55,546 bases of DNA from Promethearchaeati archaeon (GTDB lineage Archaea; Asgardarchaeota; Heimdallarchaeia; Heimdallarchaeales; Heimdallarchaeaceae), in assembly GCA_013166775.1 (NCBI GenBank), contig JABLTJ010000032.1, positions 1 to 55,546 of the forward strand, in the 5' to 3' direction. Positions 26,670 through 36,662 of the stretch are shown here, piece after piece (the first letter of the stretch is position 1; the number at the start of each line of letters is the position of its first letter). Both the position numbers and the translations under genes were made by a program. A model generated the notes under the pieces. It was not told where the DNA came from. It made no database searches and worked only from the letters and a program-made list of their open reading frames with translations.

Positions 26670-28139
26670 TTACTTCAAAATATTGTTAATTCCATCATAG
26701 TTAGTTGCCTTGCTTCTATAAAGAAAATCGCCTTGAAAGCCTTCGTGTGGCTGTGCGACATCCATTAAAAATGTTTGATTATTCACGAAAACTTTCTTGA
26801 TAGAAGGATCTCTCAATAGATTTCTAGCCTTACTAGGATCATCAGTCAAATAACCTACTGATAGAGAATCTTCCATAAGTTCTTCAGCGTAGTAATCATC
26901 AGCTTTAACTATTGTTCCGAAAGCGAATGGATATTCATCTGTTCTTATTTGACTTTCCTCACCAACCTCTAATAGAGTTGGCAATAAGTAAGCTAGGTTG
27001 TCATTAATTTCAAGAAATTCATCAGTACCTCTAAAACTTGCAGTAACGTTCTTTACATCACTATCCATTCTGCTCTTGATGAACCTATACAACCCTCTAG
27101 CTGGATCTACTTGCATTGCAGGAATTTGAGCTTTAGGATTCATTGGGTCAAGTGTTTCGACAGATGCAAGTTTTTTTGCCAATTTATCTCGAAATTCATC
27201 ATATCCTTCTTCATGCTTGAAAACAACTCCAGAGCAGTTAATGCAGCCTCTTCCGCCATCTAAAGAAATACTTCTATGAGCGATTTCTAGAGATAAATCG
27301 AGTAAAGAGGGAGACATAGTTTCTATATCAACTAGTATCTTACTTCTACCTGGACCATAGGTTTTGATGTGGGTATTATTTTCGTAAGCTTTGAGTATCC
27401 ACTCATTTCCAAAAATCACTCCCATATCTGATTTTCGGACAATTGTATCAACTACCGAATGATCTGTTACAAAATGGAAAAGGCTTTCTGCTGGAAGTCC
27501 TGCCTCCCATAAGCTTTTGCATAAACGGAATGAGGTAAATGGTTCTGTTGAAGAAGCTCTTAGTATTGCTGGTATTTTAAACAAAGGTATGAGAGCTCCT
27601 AATAAGCTGACCGCAGGATGATTGCCAGGTAACGCAACCCCACAGTTTTTACCTTTTGGTGCCCAAGCGAACCTAGTATTCCCTCGAACATCCACAAATT
27701 CATCGTAGATTGTTAATGATCCTGTCGGACTACTTGCTCTCAAAATTCTTTGTAAGTGACGTTTTTTGAATATTTGGGGGATGATATTAAGTGCGTTATT
27801 GACATAAGTTATTGGCATTCCCGTTGAGAGAGTAATTAACTCAGAAAATTCGTCTAATGAAGTTGATACATTGTTTATCAACATATCTTGCATGAATATT
27901 TTTCCTGCTTCAACATAGATGTCTATAATGTCATCTATAGACATATTTTGCAGAAGATTAAAACCTGCTCCTTTATTGATTGGGAGAGCCATTTGTACAT
28001 GGATCTCAGGAGCAACAGCAACATCGAGAAGTCGTTCTCCATGTATTCCTATCAATGTTTTCTTACTTTGCGATAAATACTCCTCACCATTCCTTAGTAA
28101 GGGTAATGCATCTATACTGGATGTAGCCATATCCTTCAC
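26670..28139 (-). CDS. Aldehyde dehydrogenase-fold protein (acyl-CoA reductase/LuxC-related)
   Basis: LPGNHP, STEPFT, YGPGRSKIL, catalytic-Cys region GGRGCINCS, EYPFAF. Confidence 0.75.
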   Translation of the reverse strand: MKDMATSSIDALPLLRNGEEYLSQSKKTLIGIHGERLLDVAVAPEIHVQMALPINKGAGFNLLQNMSIDDIIDIYVEAGKIFMQDMLINNVSTSLDEFSELITLSTGMPITYVNNALNIIPQIFKKRHLQRILRASSPTGSLTIYDEFVDVRGNTRFAWAPKGKNCGVALPGNHPAVSLLGALIPLFKIPAILRASSTEPFTSFRLCKSLWEAGLPAESLFHFVTDHSVVDTIVRKSDMGVIFGNEWILKAYENNTHIKTYGPGRSKILVDIETMSPSLLDLSLEIAHRSISLDGGRGCINCSGVVFKHEEGYDEFRDKLAKKLASVETLDPMNPKAQIPAMQVDPARGLYRFIKSRMDSDVKNVTASFRGTDEFLEINDNLAYLLPTLLEVGEESQIRTDEYPFAFGTIVKADDYYAEELMEDSLSVGYLTDDPSKARNLLRDPSIKKVFVNNQTFLMDVAQPHEGFQGDFLYRSKATNYDGINNILK

Positions 28140-28230
28140 ATTTTTGATATTGATTCAACATATGATTCTGTAAATTACTTTATAAAGGCGGAGCTTTTCT
28201 TTAAAGAAAAATTTAAATATGTCTATGATA

Positions 28231-28257
28231 CAATTTGATACGTAGTATAACAAATTG
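28231..28257. promoter_or_regulatory. Inverted repeat CAATTTG-N13-CAAATTG upstream of the FNT gene
   Basis: Perfect 7-bp arms located downstream of a TTTAAATA box, in the divergent ALDH/FNT intergenic region. Confidence 0.35.
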
Positions 28258-28285
28258 ACACAATTATATTGTTTGGTAGATTTGA

Positions 28286-29308
28286 ATGGTATCGAGTTAT
28301 AAAGCTGTAAAAGCTCCTCCTGAGATTGAATTAGAGCTAGAAACCATAGGAACGACTAAATCGAATCTATCATTCTCTTCAATGTTTGTTTTAGCAATTT
28401 TAGCAGGTGTCTATATCGGATTTGGAGGAGCTCTTTCAACTATAGCTACTCATGATTTAGCACAATATGTTGGAATTGGTTGTGCAAAACTTATCGGAGG
28501 AGTAGTATTTTCAATCGGACTTATCTTAGTTCTTTTGGGTGGAGCAGAATTATTTACAGGTAACAATCTTTTAGTTATTCCTCTATTTAGTCATAAGATA
28601 AGAATTAGTAAGGTCTTAAGAAACTGGGGGATTGTATATATAGGTAATTTTGTTGGAGCTATACTTTTAGTTCTATTAGTTTTTTTCTCCGGTTATTGGA
28701 AAATAAATTCAGCCCAAGTAGGTATAAAAGCAATAGAGATAGCCAATGGAAAAGTAAATCTTTCATTTTTGGAAGCTTTTGTTCGTGGAATTTTGTGCAA
28801 TTGGTTAGTTTGCTTAGCTGTTTGGCTTTCAATTGCAGCAAAAGATATTATTGGAAAAATTTTTGGTATTTTGTTTCCAATTACTGCTTTTGTAGCAATG
28901 GGATTTGAGCATTGTATAGCTAATATGTACTTTATCCCCCTAGGGCTTTTACTAAAAAATCTTAATTCACCCATATATAGTCTTGATCTTTCTGGTTTAA
29001 CTTGGAGTTCATTTTTCTTGAATAATTTGCTACCTGTGACTCTAGGAAATGTTGTTGGAGGAACTTTCTTTGTTGGTTTTCTTTATTGGTTTGCTTACAG
29101 AAAGAAGGTAAAAACTAGCGCAGAAGAGCTAAAACTAGAGCAAGTACAATCTTTATTAGAAACTGAAAATGGAATTGAAAGTATAACCGAAAAATTGGAA
29201 AAGTATTCTTTACATACTTTTGTAAATAAATCAGAGAAAGAAGCAGAAGAAGAAATGGAAGAAGAACAAAAACTATTTCCAAGAGTCGAATCAGTTCAAA
29301 AGCCATAG
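28286..29308 (+). CDS. fdhC: Formate/nitrite transporter (FNT) with acidic C-terminal extension
   Basis: LAGVYIGFG, GAELFTGN, GILCNWLVCLAVW, FVAMGFEHCIANM, VTLGNVVGG. Confidence 0.9.
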   Translation: MVSSYKAVKAPPEIELELETIGTTKSNLSFSSMFVLAILAGVYIGFGGALSTIATHDLAQYVGIGCAKLIGGVVFSIGLILVLLGGAELFTGNNLLVIPLFSHKIRISKVLRNWGIVYIGNFVGAILLVLLVFFSGYWKINSAQVGIKAIEIANGKVNLSFLEAFVRGILCNWLVCLAVWLSIAAKDIIGKIFGILFPITAFVAMGFEHCIANMYFIPLGLLLKNLNSPIYSLDLSGLTWSSFFLNNLLPVTLGNVVGGTFFVGFLYWFAYRKKVKTSAEELKLEQVQSLLETENGIESITEKLEKYSLHTFVNKSEKEAEEEMEEEQKLFPRVESVQKP

Positions 29309-29333
29309 ATATGATGTAAAAGAAGGTTAAAGA

Positions 29334-29794
29334 ATGAATGTTGAAGAGTTACTGAAATTTTTAGAACTAGATAACAATGGTCATTCTGATTTCGGGCAAT
29401 TAATCGAAATCGCAGAAGAAAGTGTCAATATAGTCGATTATAACGGTGATTTGTTGAATTATCTTAGAGATTTCTTGATTTGTTTCCTCAACCATGCTGA
29501 AGAATATGAAAAGAAGTTTTACGAGATTTTTCACAACTTAAAAGAAGAGCAGAAGGAGGATTCTGCTTAAATTCTAGATGTAGATGCTGTAAATCAGATT
29601 TAAAAGAACTTAACGAAAATAGCAAATGTCCTTATTATCATGGATTTGAAATTGTATTCTAGAAAGCGGTTTATCTAACAACAATTCAAACTGATTCTAC
29701 AACAAAAGATGAAATGCTTCGTTTGGATATACTATCCGAGCTTGTGCTGATACAGAAGAAGAGAGCTAGACGATGGCTGGCACAATTATTCTGA
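29334..29794 (+). pseudogene. Probable disrupted gene (one frameshift plus an in-frame TAG), Cys-containing hypothetical protein
   Basis: A -1 shift at the A4 run 29509-29512 continues as KEVLRDFSQLKRRAEGGFCLNSRCRCC...CPYYHGFEIVF, then TAG at 29660, then 43 more sense codons to TGA 29792-29794. Confidence 0.5.
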
Positions 29795-30202
29795 TACTAA
29801 TATTGAAATGTAATTATATTACTGATTGATTTATCTTATAAAAAATGGAAACAATTAGTATTTTCCAACTTTCTTAATCTTAATATTAAAACTCTTAAAT
29901 TCAAGGAATAAAAATAATAAAAAACAGATTGAGAGATTGAATATATTGGACAATATATAGTAATAGATGATTATTCATTTTAGATAAGATGAAAAAAACT
30001 TGAAGAAAAAGAGAGGAGTAAGCTAACACTATTTAGAATAGTTTATCTCAGAATCTCTTGGTTGAAATGATTTAAAGGCTTACCCCCCAATTGTGAAAAG
30101 AGAAATGAGTATAAAAACAGAGAGTGAAATTTACTGACATTTTTAACTATTTTGAAGTAAATTTATAATAATAAAGATTTAATATTACTTTAGGCGTTTA
30201 AA

Positions 30203-30661
30203 TTGGTAAAAAAAGCTTTAATTGGTGTAATAATCGTTCTTGTTCTAGCTGGAGGAGGTTATGCAGCTTATCATTTTTGGCCAACAGAGACTTTTTCCTT
30301 TGAGATGACTTTTAACTATGAGGTTAATGGTATATATGGAGAAAACGCAACTTATGAATCAGGATATTGGAGTTTTGATCCAATTTCGATGAGCTCAGTA
30401 AATGCTACAACTCAATCTTCTGAAGTAACAAATAAAGGTCTCCAAGTTACTATACAACTCAAAAATGAGTATTGTTTAGCATTCACAGATTTCTGGTGTA
30501 AAGCAACAACAGATGCAGATATACGTCAAATTATTGTCACATTATATCAAGGTGATTTAAGAATCTACTCAACAGAAAATTCAAACTCTGAGATTTTTGC
30601 TTTTGATTATAATCATTTCTTTGATAATCTGACGGTAATAGTAGACGTGCAACTAGATTAA
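30203..30661 (+). CDS. Hypothetical protein with N-terminal TM/signal anchor
   Basis: KK followed by a hydrophobic helix; beta-rich remainder; TTTATAAT box upstream. Confidence 0.7.
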   Translation: MVKKALIGVIIVLVLAGGGYAAYHFWPTETFSFEMTFNYEVNGIYGENATYESGYWSFDPISMSSVNATTQSSEVTNKGLQVTIQLKNEYCLAFTDFWCKATTDADIRQIIVTLYQGDLRIYSTENSNSEIFAFDYNHFFDNLTVIVDVQLD

Positions 30662-30772
30662 AACCAAACTTCGACACCCGCGAAAAAAAATAGGAAAATC
30701 TTACTACATCTTTCAGCTGTTTTCAAGGGTAAATCGAAGAAAACTAAACCTGCGACGATCACAATTCTAGGA

Positions 30773-31876
30773 GTGATAGGAACAAAGGAAGCGAAGGAAA
30801 TAATAATTGAACAAGCTCAAAGTGAGGATCCTGAAATATGCTACTCCGCAACATCATATGCAGTTGGAATTCGTCATCCCAAGGTAAAAGAGTTGATAAA
30901 TACTGCTCTTACGGGAAAAAACAACAAAGAATTAGTTACAATAGCCAATGATTTTTTATCTAAAAATATTCACACAGACAATTTTACTGAAACACTAATT
31001 GCTGTATTAGTTGAGTCTTTTTTAGACAAAAAGAAGACATACTTTGACAGGATAGCTTATGCTTTAGCTCAAAACCCTAAAATTTCCTTACCATTACTTA
31101 AAGAAAAACTGAAAACAAAGGATGAATCTTACCGACTACTTATAGCTTCAATTATAGGACGGATGGACTCAAACGATTCGAAAGATATGATGATCAAACT
31201 CATGAGTGATAACAATCCAGATATTCGATGTTTATCTCTAGAAACAATGTGTAGCAAAACTCATCCAAAGCTACAGGAAGAGATAGTTTCAATGTTACAT
31301 GATAAGGATTTACGCATTAAATCTAAGGCTTTTGAAATTGTTTTGCATACATTGATGATTGAAAATTTCGATGATAACCTAATTAGAATTTTAGTTCAAA
31401 ACTATCTGAAAAAGAATGATATGAACTGTGCAAGAGTAATCTTGTTGTTAAAAAAGCTAGAAAGCAAAGCAGTTCCTGTTTTAATTGAAGAACTTCAAAA
31501 TTCCGATTATAACATCAGAAGATTTGCTGCAGAAATTCTTTGTGAGATAACGGTAAACAGTACTAGAAGTGTTTCCAAAATTCTACAAGTGAAAAAAGCT
31601 ACTAAAAGATTAACAGAGATGTTAGCTGATCCTGAACCAAAAGTAAGGAGAGGAGCAGCTTTTGCTCTAAGGTCTATAAGGGATGTAAAATCCTTGAATG
31701 ATATGATAAAAGGATTAACAGATTCAGATTTGTATGTTCGAAGGAACTTGATAACATGTCTTGGAGATATGCGAGCTACTGCAGCAATTAAAACTTTAGA
31801 AAAAATGAAACCAAGAGAGGATAAGACAACTCAAGGACTAATCAAAAAAGCTCTTCAAAATATTAAGAAAAGCTGA
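30773..31876 (+). CDS. HEAT/PBS-lyase repeat protein (possibly 5'-truncated)
   Basis: Repeats such as LADPEPKVRRGAAFAL and LTDSDLYVRRNLITCLG; the frame is open upstream to the previous gene's TAA. Confidence 0.8.
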   Translation: MIGTKEAKEIIIEQAQSEDPEICYSATSYAVGIRHPKVKELINTALTGKNNKELVTIANDFLSKNIHTDNFTETLIAVLVESFLDKKKTYFDRIAYALAQNPKISLPLLKEKLKTKDESYRLLIASIIGRMDSNDSKDMMIKLMSDNNPDIRCLSLETMCSKTHPKLQEEIVSMLHDKDLRIKSKAFEIVLHTLMIENFDDNLIRILVQNYLKKNDMNCARVILLLKKLESKAVPVLIEELQNSDYNIRRFAAEILCEITVNSTRSVSKILQVKKATKRLTEMLADPEPKVRRGAAFALRSIRDVKSLNDMIKGLTDSDLYVRRNLITCLGDMRATAAIKTLEKMKPREDKTTQGLIKKALQNIKKS

Positions 31877-31897
31877 TTGTATAATTTTTTTTAACTA

Positions 31898-32662
31898 TCA
31901 GCTTTCTTGCATTTTCTTAATGCTGGAAACAACTTCTTTTATTATTGCTTCAACTAGAATTTTTCCTTTTTCTTCTGAAGCAAGTGTAGAATCACCATAA
32001 ACACCTGTAGGACTATAAAGTCCTGAACCTTCTGGATCTCGAGTCAATCCCTTTCTGTCAGATCGAGCATCATAATCTTTTACAGCTTTACTCATATCAA
32101 CAATATCAGGTTGTAAATAAAGCATAATGGATGTTTCTCCCTCATCAGCATGTGTTCCCCCTTCTTGTTGTAAAAGATTAGTTTCTAACTTTGATTCAAT
32201 TTCTAAAAGGTTCAAATAATTAAGAACGATATCTAATTCCTTAAGATCTTCAGCTGCCTTTTGAAGAGGTCGAAGCGTGGATATCCCTGTATTTAGAATA
32301 TAAAATTTTCTTTTTCCATAGCCATGCATTGATTTACAGATATCCATAATGAACTCTTTGAATGCGTTTTCATTAATAGAAATAGATCCAGGATATTCAA
32401 GAAAAGACGGATAAAAACCATACTGAAGAGTGGGGAGAATAGCTACTGCTATTTGTTCTATTACCATATCTTTTAACCGTTCAGCCATAATGTAATCATT
32501 ATTCAGGGGTAAATGAGGTCCATGCTCTTTCATTCTTGAACCTAGAGAAATTAGAACAACTTCATACTTGTTCAATATAGTTTCTGCTTCAATCCATGAA
32601 AGATTTTCTAAAAGTACAGATTGATTAGTTTCTATTGAAAGATACTTATCTTTTGACATCAT
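31898..32662 (-). CDS. Creatininase family amidohydrolase
   Basis: KEHGPHLPLNND, YPGSIS, HADEGETS, TGVYGD, ASEEKG. Confidence 0.88.
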   Translation of the reverse strand: MMSKDKYLSIETNQSVLLENLSWIEAETILNKYEVVLISLGSRMKEHGPHLPLNNDYIMAERLKDMVIEQIAVAILPTLQYGFYPSFLEYPGSISINENAFKEFIMDICKSMHGYGKRKFYILNTGISTLRPLQKAAEDLKELDIVLNYLNLLEIESKLETNLLQQEGGTHADEGETSIMLYLQPDIVDMSKAVKDYDARSDRKGLTRDPEGSGLYSPTGVYGDSTLASEEKGKILVEAIIKEVVSSIKKMQES

Positions 32663-32770
32663 TATGTGAACTTAGTTCTAATGTATAAAACCTAAACCAT
32701 ACTTACCTATTTATAACAAAATAACTGGACAAAGACCACATTTAAAATGTGTTAAAAAATAGCTAATTAA

Positions 32771-34069
32771 ATGCATACTGAGGCAATACACGAAACAGAA
32801 GTGGTTCACACCTATAGATTAGATAATGCTGCTACTCTCTTTAGCCTTGCTTCTTCTCACAGAATCCCTGCAATGTTTCGTTTAAGTGCTTCATTAGCAG
32901 ATCCTATTAAAGTCAGTACCCTTCAGCAATCGCTTGATAATATTATAGTTCGTTTTCCTTATTATCGTGTTAATCAAAAAATAGGTCTGTTTTGGTTTTA
33001 CTGGAAAACTAACTTTGGAAAGCCAAAAGTAATCGTTGATTCCAAATATCCTTGCCAGAAAATGCCAATAAGAAGAAGAGGGATCTTTCCATTTAGAGTA
33101 AGAGCTTTTAAGAATAGAGTCGCTATTGAATTTCACCATAGTTTAACAGATGCAACAGGAGGAATAACTTTCCTCAAAGCTTTAATTTTTGAATATTTGA
33201 GGTTGATAAAGGGAATCAAAGATGAACCTTCAGACATCTTTAGACCTAATCAGACTGTTGATCCTGAAGAATATGAAGATGGTTATAAAAAGATCTATGA
33301 TAAGTCTTTTCCAGTTTTTTCTAAACCATCTAGAGCTCTTCATTTACCATATAAATTGGATAAGAGGGGAGTTTATAATATACTAACAGGAATAATGCCT
33401 GTTCAAGATATTCTGAAGCTCTCCAAGGAACATAATGTTACACTTACAGAATTTTTAGCAGCTGTATATATTGATACTTTTCAAGAAATCTTGTTTAGCT
33501 TCCCTGAGAAAAAAAGGAAAAAATACATGAAACCAATAAGAATGATGGTTCCTGTAAATCTTCGAAGAATATTTCCATCTAAGACTATGAGAAATTTCGT
33601 TCTTTATGTTACTCCAGGAATAGATCCTCGTTTAGGAAAACATTCTTTTGAAGAAATAATTAAGGAAGTTTATCATTATATGCGGTTAGAAGTGAATGAT
33701 AAATATATCAATAAACAGATTAAGAGGAATGTAAGAGGGGAATTGCATCCTCTAGTTAGAGCTACCCCCTTATTCATAAAAAAACTAGGTGCGAGAGCAA
33801 TTTACAATGGTATGGGGCAAAATTACTATTCGGGTATTCTAACTAATCTTGGTAAAGTGACTTTTCCAGAAACACAAAAAGAAGAAATACTTGATTTTCA
33901 ATTTATGCCTTCGCCAAACGCTTCCACAAAAACTAGTAGTGCTATAGTTAGTTATGATGATAAGCTCTACATAAATTTTGGAAGAGTAGTGAAAGAAACT
34001 GAAGTAGAGAGAATCTTTTTTAGTAAGCTAAAAAAGATGGGTGTAGCAGTTAAAATTGAAACAAATTAA
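32771..34069 (+). CDS. Alcohol acetyltransferase-like CoA-dependent acyltransferase (HHxxxD)
   Basis: LDNAA, RFPYY, FHHSLTDATGG, VPVNLR..FPSKTMRNF, TNLG. Confidence 0.78.
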   Translation: MHTEAIHETEVVHTYRLDNAATLFSLASSHRIPAMFRLSASLADPIKVSTLQQSLDNIIVRFPYYRVNQKIGLFWFYWKTNFGKPKVIVDSKYPCQKMPIRRRGIFPFRVRAFKNRVAIEFHHSLTDATGGITFLKALIFEYLRLIKGIKDEPSDIFRPNQTVDPEEYEDGYKKIYDKSFPVFSKPSRALHLPYKLDKRGVYNILTGIMPVQDILKLSKEHNVTLTEFLAAVYIDTFQEILFSFPEKKRKKYMKPIRMMVPVNLRRIFPSKTMRNFVLYVTPGIDPRLGKHSFEEIIKEVYHYMRLEVNDKYINKQIKRNVRGELHPLVRATPLFIKKLGARAIYNGMGQNYYSGILTNLGKVTFPETQKEEILDFQFMPSPNASTKTSSAIVSYDDKLYINFGRVVKETEVERIFFSKLKKMGVAVKIETN

Positions 34070-34079
34070 AGTGAAATAA

Positions 34080-34802
34080 ATGCCTTACTGTAGTAAATGT
34101 GGAGTCGAAGTTGATCAGGGTGTTGAGAAATGCCCTCTGTGCCAACTACAAATTAATGGAATGGAAGAAGATGCGTCACCTCCACAAAAATATCCTGATG
34201 TACCAGTTGAATCCCCCAAAAAAGCTTCTATGACTCCTGAGCAGAAGAGAATAAGAGCATGGGAAATAGTTGGTGCAACATTACTCATACCTTTTCTTAT
34301 TATTGTTTTTACAGATCTAATTGCAAATGAAACTGTAAGCTGGGCAAGATTTCCAATGATTGCGCTTTTGCTAGCATGGTTACTTGCAACATTTCCATTA
34401 TTATTTGCGAAAAGACCTTTAGTAATAATAGCTGGTGAAGTATTATCAGTTCTAATATTCTTAGTGTTAGTTGATTATCTCCATGATTGGGTAATCGATT
34501 GGTTCTATAAACTGGCTTTACCAAACCTTGCAGTATTGATTCTCATTGCATCTGCAGTTACAATCCTTTCTACTCAAGTTAAAAGAAAAGGAGCAAACAT
34601 TGCAGCTTTTATTTTATTTGGCATAGGAGCTTTAAATCTAGGATTAGATTTGATTATAATGAGTACTTTAGCAGGAAAGATTACTATGAAATGGTCACTT
34701 TTTGTTCTTGTACCTTGTTTCATAATTGGTGGTTTCTTACTCTATCTCCATTACAGATTTAAGAATCTAAATCAAGATATTAAAGAACGACTTCAGATGT
34801 AA
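34080..34802 (+). CDS. Zinc-ribbon membrane protein (DUF6320-like)
   Basis: YCSKCGV...CPLC at the N-terminus followed by about six TM; 10 nt downstream of the acyltransferase. Confidence 0.75.
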   Translation: MPYCSKCGVEVDQGVEKCPLCQLQINGMEEDASPPQKYPDVPVESPKKASMTPEQKRIRAWEIVGATLLIPFLIIVFTDLIANETVSWARFPMIALLLAWLLATFPLLFAKRPLVIIAGEVLSVLIFLVLVDYLHDWVIDWFYKLALPNLAVLILIASAVTILSTQVKRKGANIAAFILFGIGALNLGLDLIIMSTLAGKITMKWSLFVLVPCFIIGGFLLYLHYRFKNLNQDIKERLQM

Positions 34803-34851
34803 GTTTGCTGTTTTACCGAGGTTATATAAGTGTTCGAGCAAATTCAACTCT

Positions 34852-36546
34852 ATGGATGGTCTGAAAAATAAAATTAAATCTATTTTTACGATTCTATTTT
34901 TCCTTCTCATGATATTTGGTTTTTCTAATAAAACCAACGCAATCTCAATAGTTATCGAAGAACAAGTCTTCCATGAATTAACTCGATCTTGGGAGAATAT
35001 CACTCTTCTCTATGATAATTATTTTCATAACTCCTCAGATGTATATCAAGAAATTAACAGATTCCATTATCTTGTACCAGATCTTATAGATATGGAGACT
35101 ATTGGTCAAAGTTATCAAGGGAAAGATCTCAAAGTTCTGAAAATTACAAACGAATTAAAGACCTATCAAAAGGCAAAAACCTTAGTAGTTGGTCATCACC
35201 ATGGGAGAGAACAAATTTCAATTGAAGCAGCTCTCCGGTTTATAATCCATCTACTCAACTCTTATCAAAAAGATGAGGTTTTGACTAATTATATAGATAC
35301 ACAAGAAATTTATGTTATACCAATGCTAAACCCTGATGCCTTAGATATAGTCATTAATGAAGGAAATCATTGGTTGAGAAAAAACGTTCGACCATTCGAC
35401 GATGATGGTGATCTGGAATTTGACGAGGATCAAAGAGAAGATGTTGACGGTGATGGAAAAATATCTTCGTTTGATGTCTATAATAACACTAATCCCAGTT
35501 ATCCCATCTACATGTATTCTTATTATGAGGGAATTGATAATGACGGAGATGATCAAATCAACGAAGATATGGTCGGTTATACAGATCTTAATAGGAACTA
35601 TGATGCTTTTTGGAGAGAAGGTGGAGGTTGGGATCCAGATCCGATATCAGATAGTTTTCCTGGTCCTACTCCTTTCTCAGAACCTGAAACTCAAGCCTTT
35701 AGAGATTTTGCTTTACAGCACCGTTTTGCGATGGCTTATTCATTACATTCAGGAATCAATGCAACTTATTTCACAGATGATGAAGGTGGTTGGACAGAAT
35801 ATGTTCTATATAAACAGATGGTTGATGATTATAGAGAAATTCTCCCATCATCATATACTTCAATGTATCATGAGCCATCTACTTCTCATAAACCAATAGC
35901 TGATTTATCATACATTTTATCAGGGTCATGGGATACATGGATGTATCAAAAAAGAGGGACAATCGCTCCTATTACATTCGAGCTCTATAGAAATTTATCT
36001 TCAATATCACTTGAATCTGAAACTATTGTTGAAGAAAACTCGACTCATAAAATCATTGAATGGACGGAAATCTATGGATACTTCAACCCTGAGAAAGAGT
36101 TCATTAACGCACTCTGGGAAGATGTAAAACCAGGATTTGATTATCTTTTAGCTAATACACCAAGATTAGGGATTGAAGCGTGGATAGAATTAAAAGGATT
36201 TGAGCAAGGAGATGAGATTGGACTATCTCTAGCTTTGGATAATCTAAGTCCAAGAATAGAGACAATGGATAGAATAGGTGTTTTTGAAGAAGATCTCTCT
36301 TTAATAAAGAATGGAACAAGAATAACTGCAGCAGGTAGTGATTCCCTTCAAGTTGATTTAGTCCTACCTCACAGTTTAGAAGAGCAAGGCTATATAATAA
36401 AAGTTGGAAATGAGTATATAGGATTCAAACCCTTTGAAATTAAAAGGAAAGAGGTTCGTTATGGATTGATTATAGGATTATCAGTTGCAGGCTTAGTATC
36501 CTTGGGAAGTGGATTGGGGATTTATTTCTTAGTCAGAAGAAGATAA
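34852..36546 (+). CDS. Secreted M14 zinc carboxypeptidase with DxDGD Ca-binding inserts and C-terminal TM anchor
   Basis: HHGRE, NPD, WLRKN, DLNRNY, PFSEPET, SLHSG, TFEL; C-terminal TM plus RRR. Confidence 0.9.
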   Translation: MDGLKNKIKSIFTILFFLLMIFGFSNKTNAISIVIEEQVFHELTRSWENITLLYDNYFHNSSDVYQEINRFHYLVPDLIDMETIGQSYQGKDLKVLKITNELKTYQKAKTLVVGHHHGREQISIEAALRFIIHLLNSYQKDEVLTNYIDTQEIYVIPMLNPDALDIVINEGNHWLRKNVRPFDDDGDLEFDEDQREDVDGDGKISSFDVYNNTNPSYPIYMYSYYEGIDNDGDDQINEDMVGYTDLNRNYDAFWREGGGWDPDPISDSFPGPTPFSEPETQAFRDFALQHRFAMAYSLHSGINATYFTDDEGGWTEYVLYKQMVDDYREILPSSYTSMYHEPSTSHKPIADLSYILSGSWDTWMYQKRGTIAPITFELYRNLSSISLESETIVEENSTHKIIEWTEIYGYFNPEKEFINALWEDVKPGFDYLLANTPRLGIEAWIELKGFEQGDEIGLSLALDNLSPRIETMDRIGVFEEDLSLIKNGTRITAAGSDSLQVDLVLPHSLEEQGYIIKVGNEYIGFKPFEIKRKEVRYGLIIGLSVAGLVSLGSGLGIYFLVRRR

Positions 36547-36662
36547 AAAGAATCTACTCCATTTTAAATAATCTCCAGATTCAGGAAAGAGAAGAAGAAA
36601 ACTAAAAAAAACGTATATAGTAAGAAATTTAAGTTTTGAGTAATATATAATGTGGAGTATTT

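Noticed and set aside
29660-29662. TAG recoding (pyrrolysine or genome-wide reassignment) as the explanation for in-frame TAGs
   Set aside because: TAG ends several genes at their natural C-termini (for example 4864, 39630, 43541, 50109), and no pyl genes are in the window.
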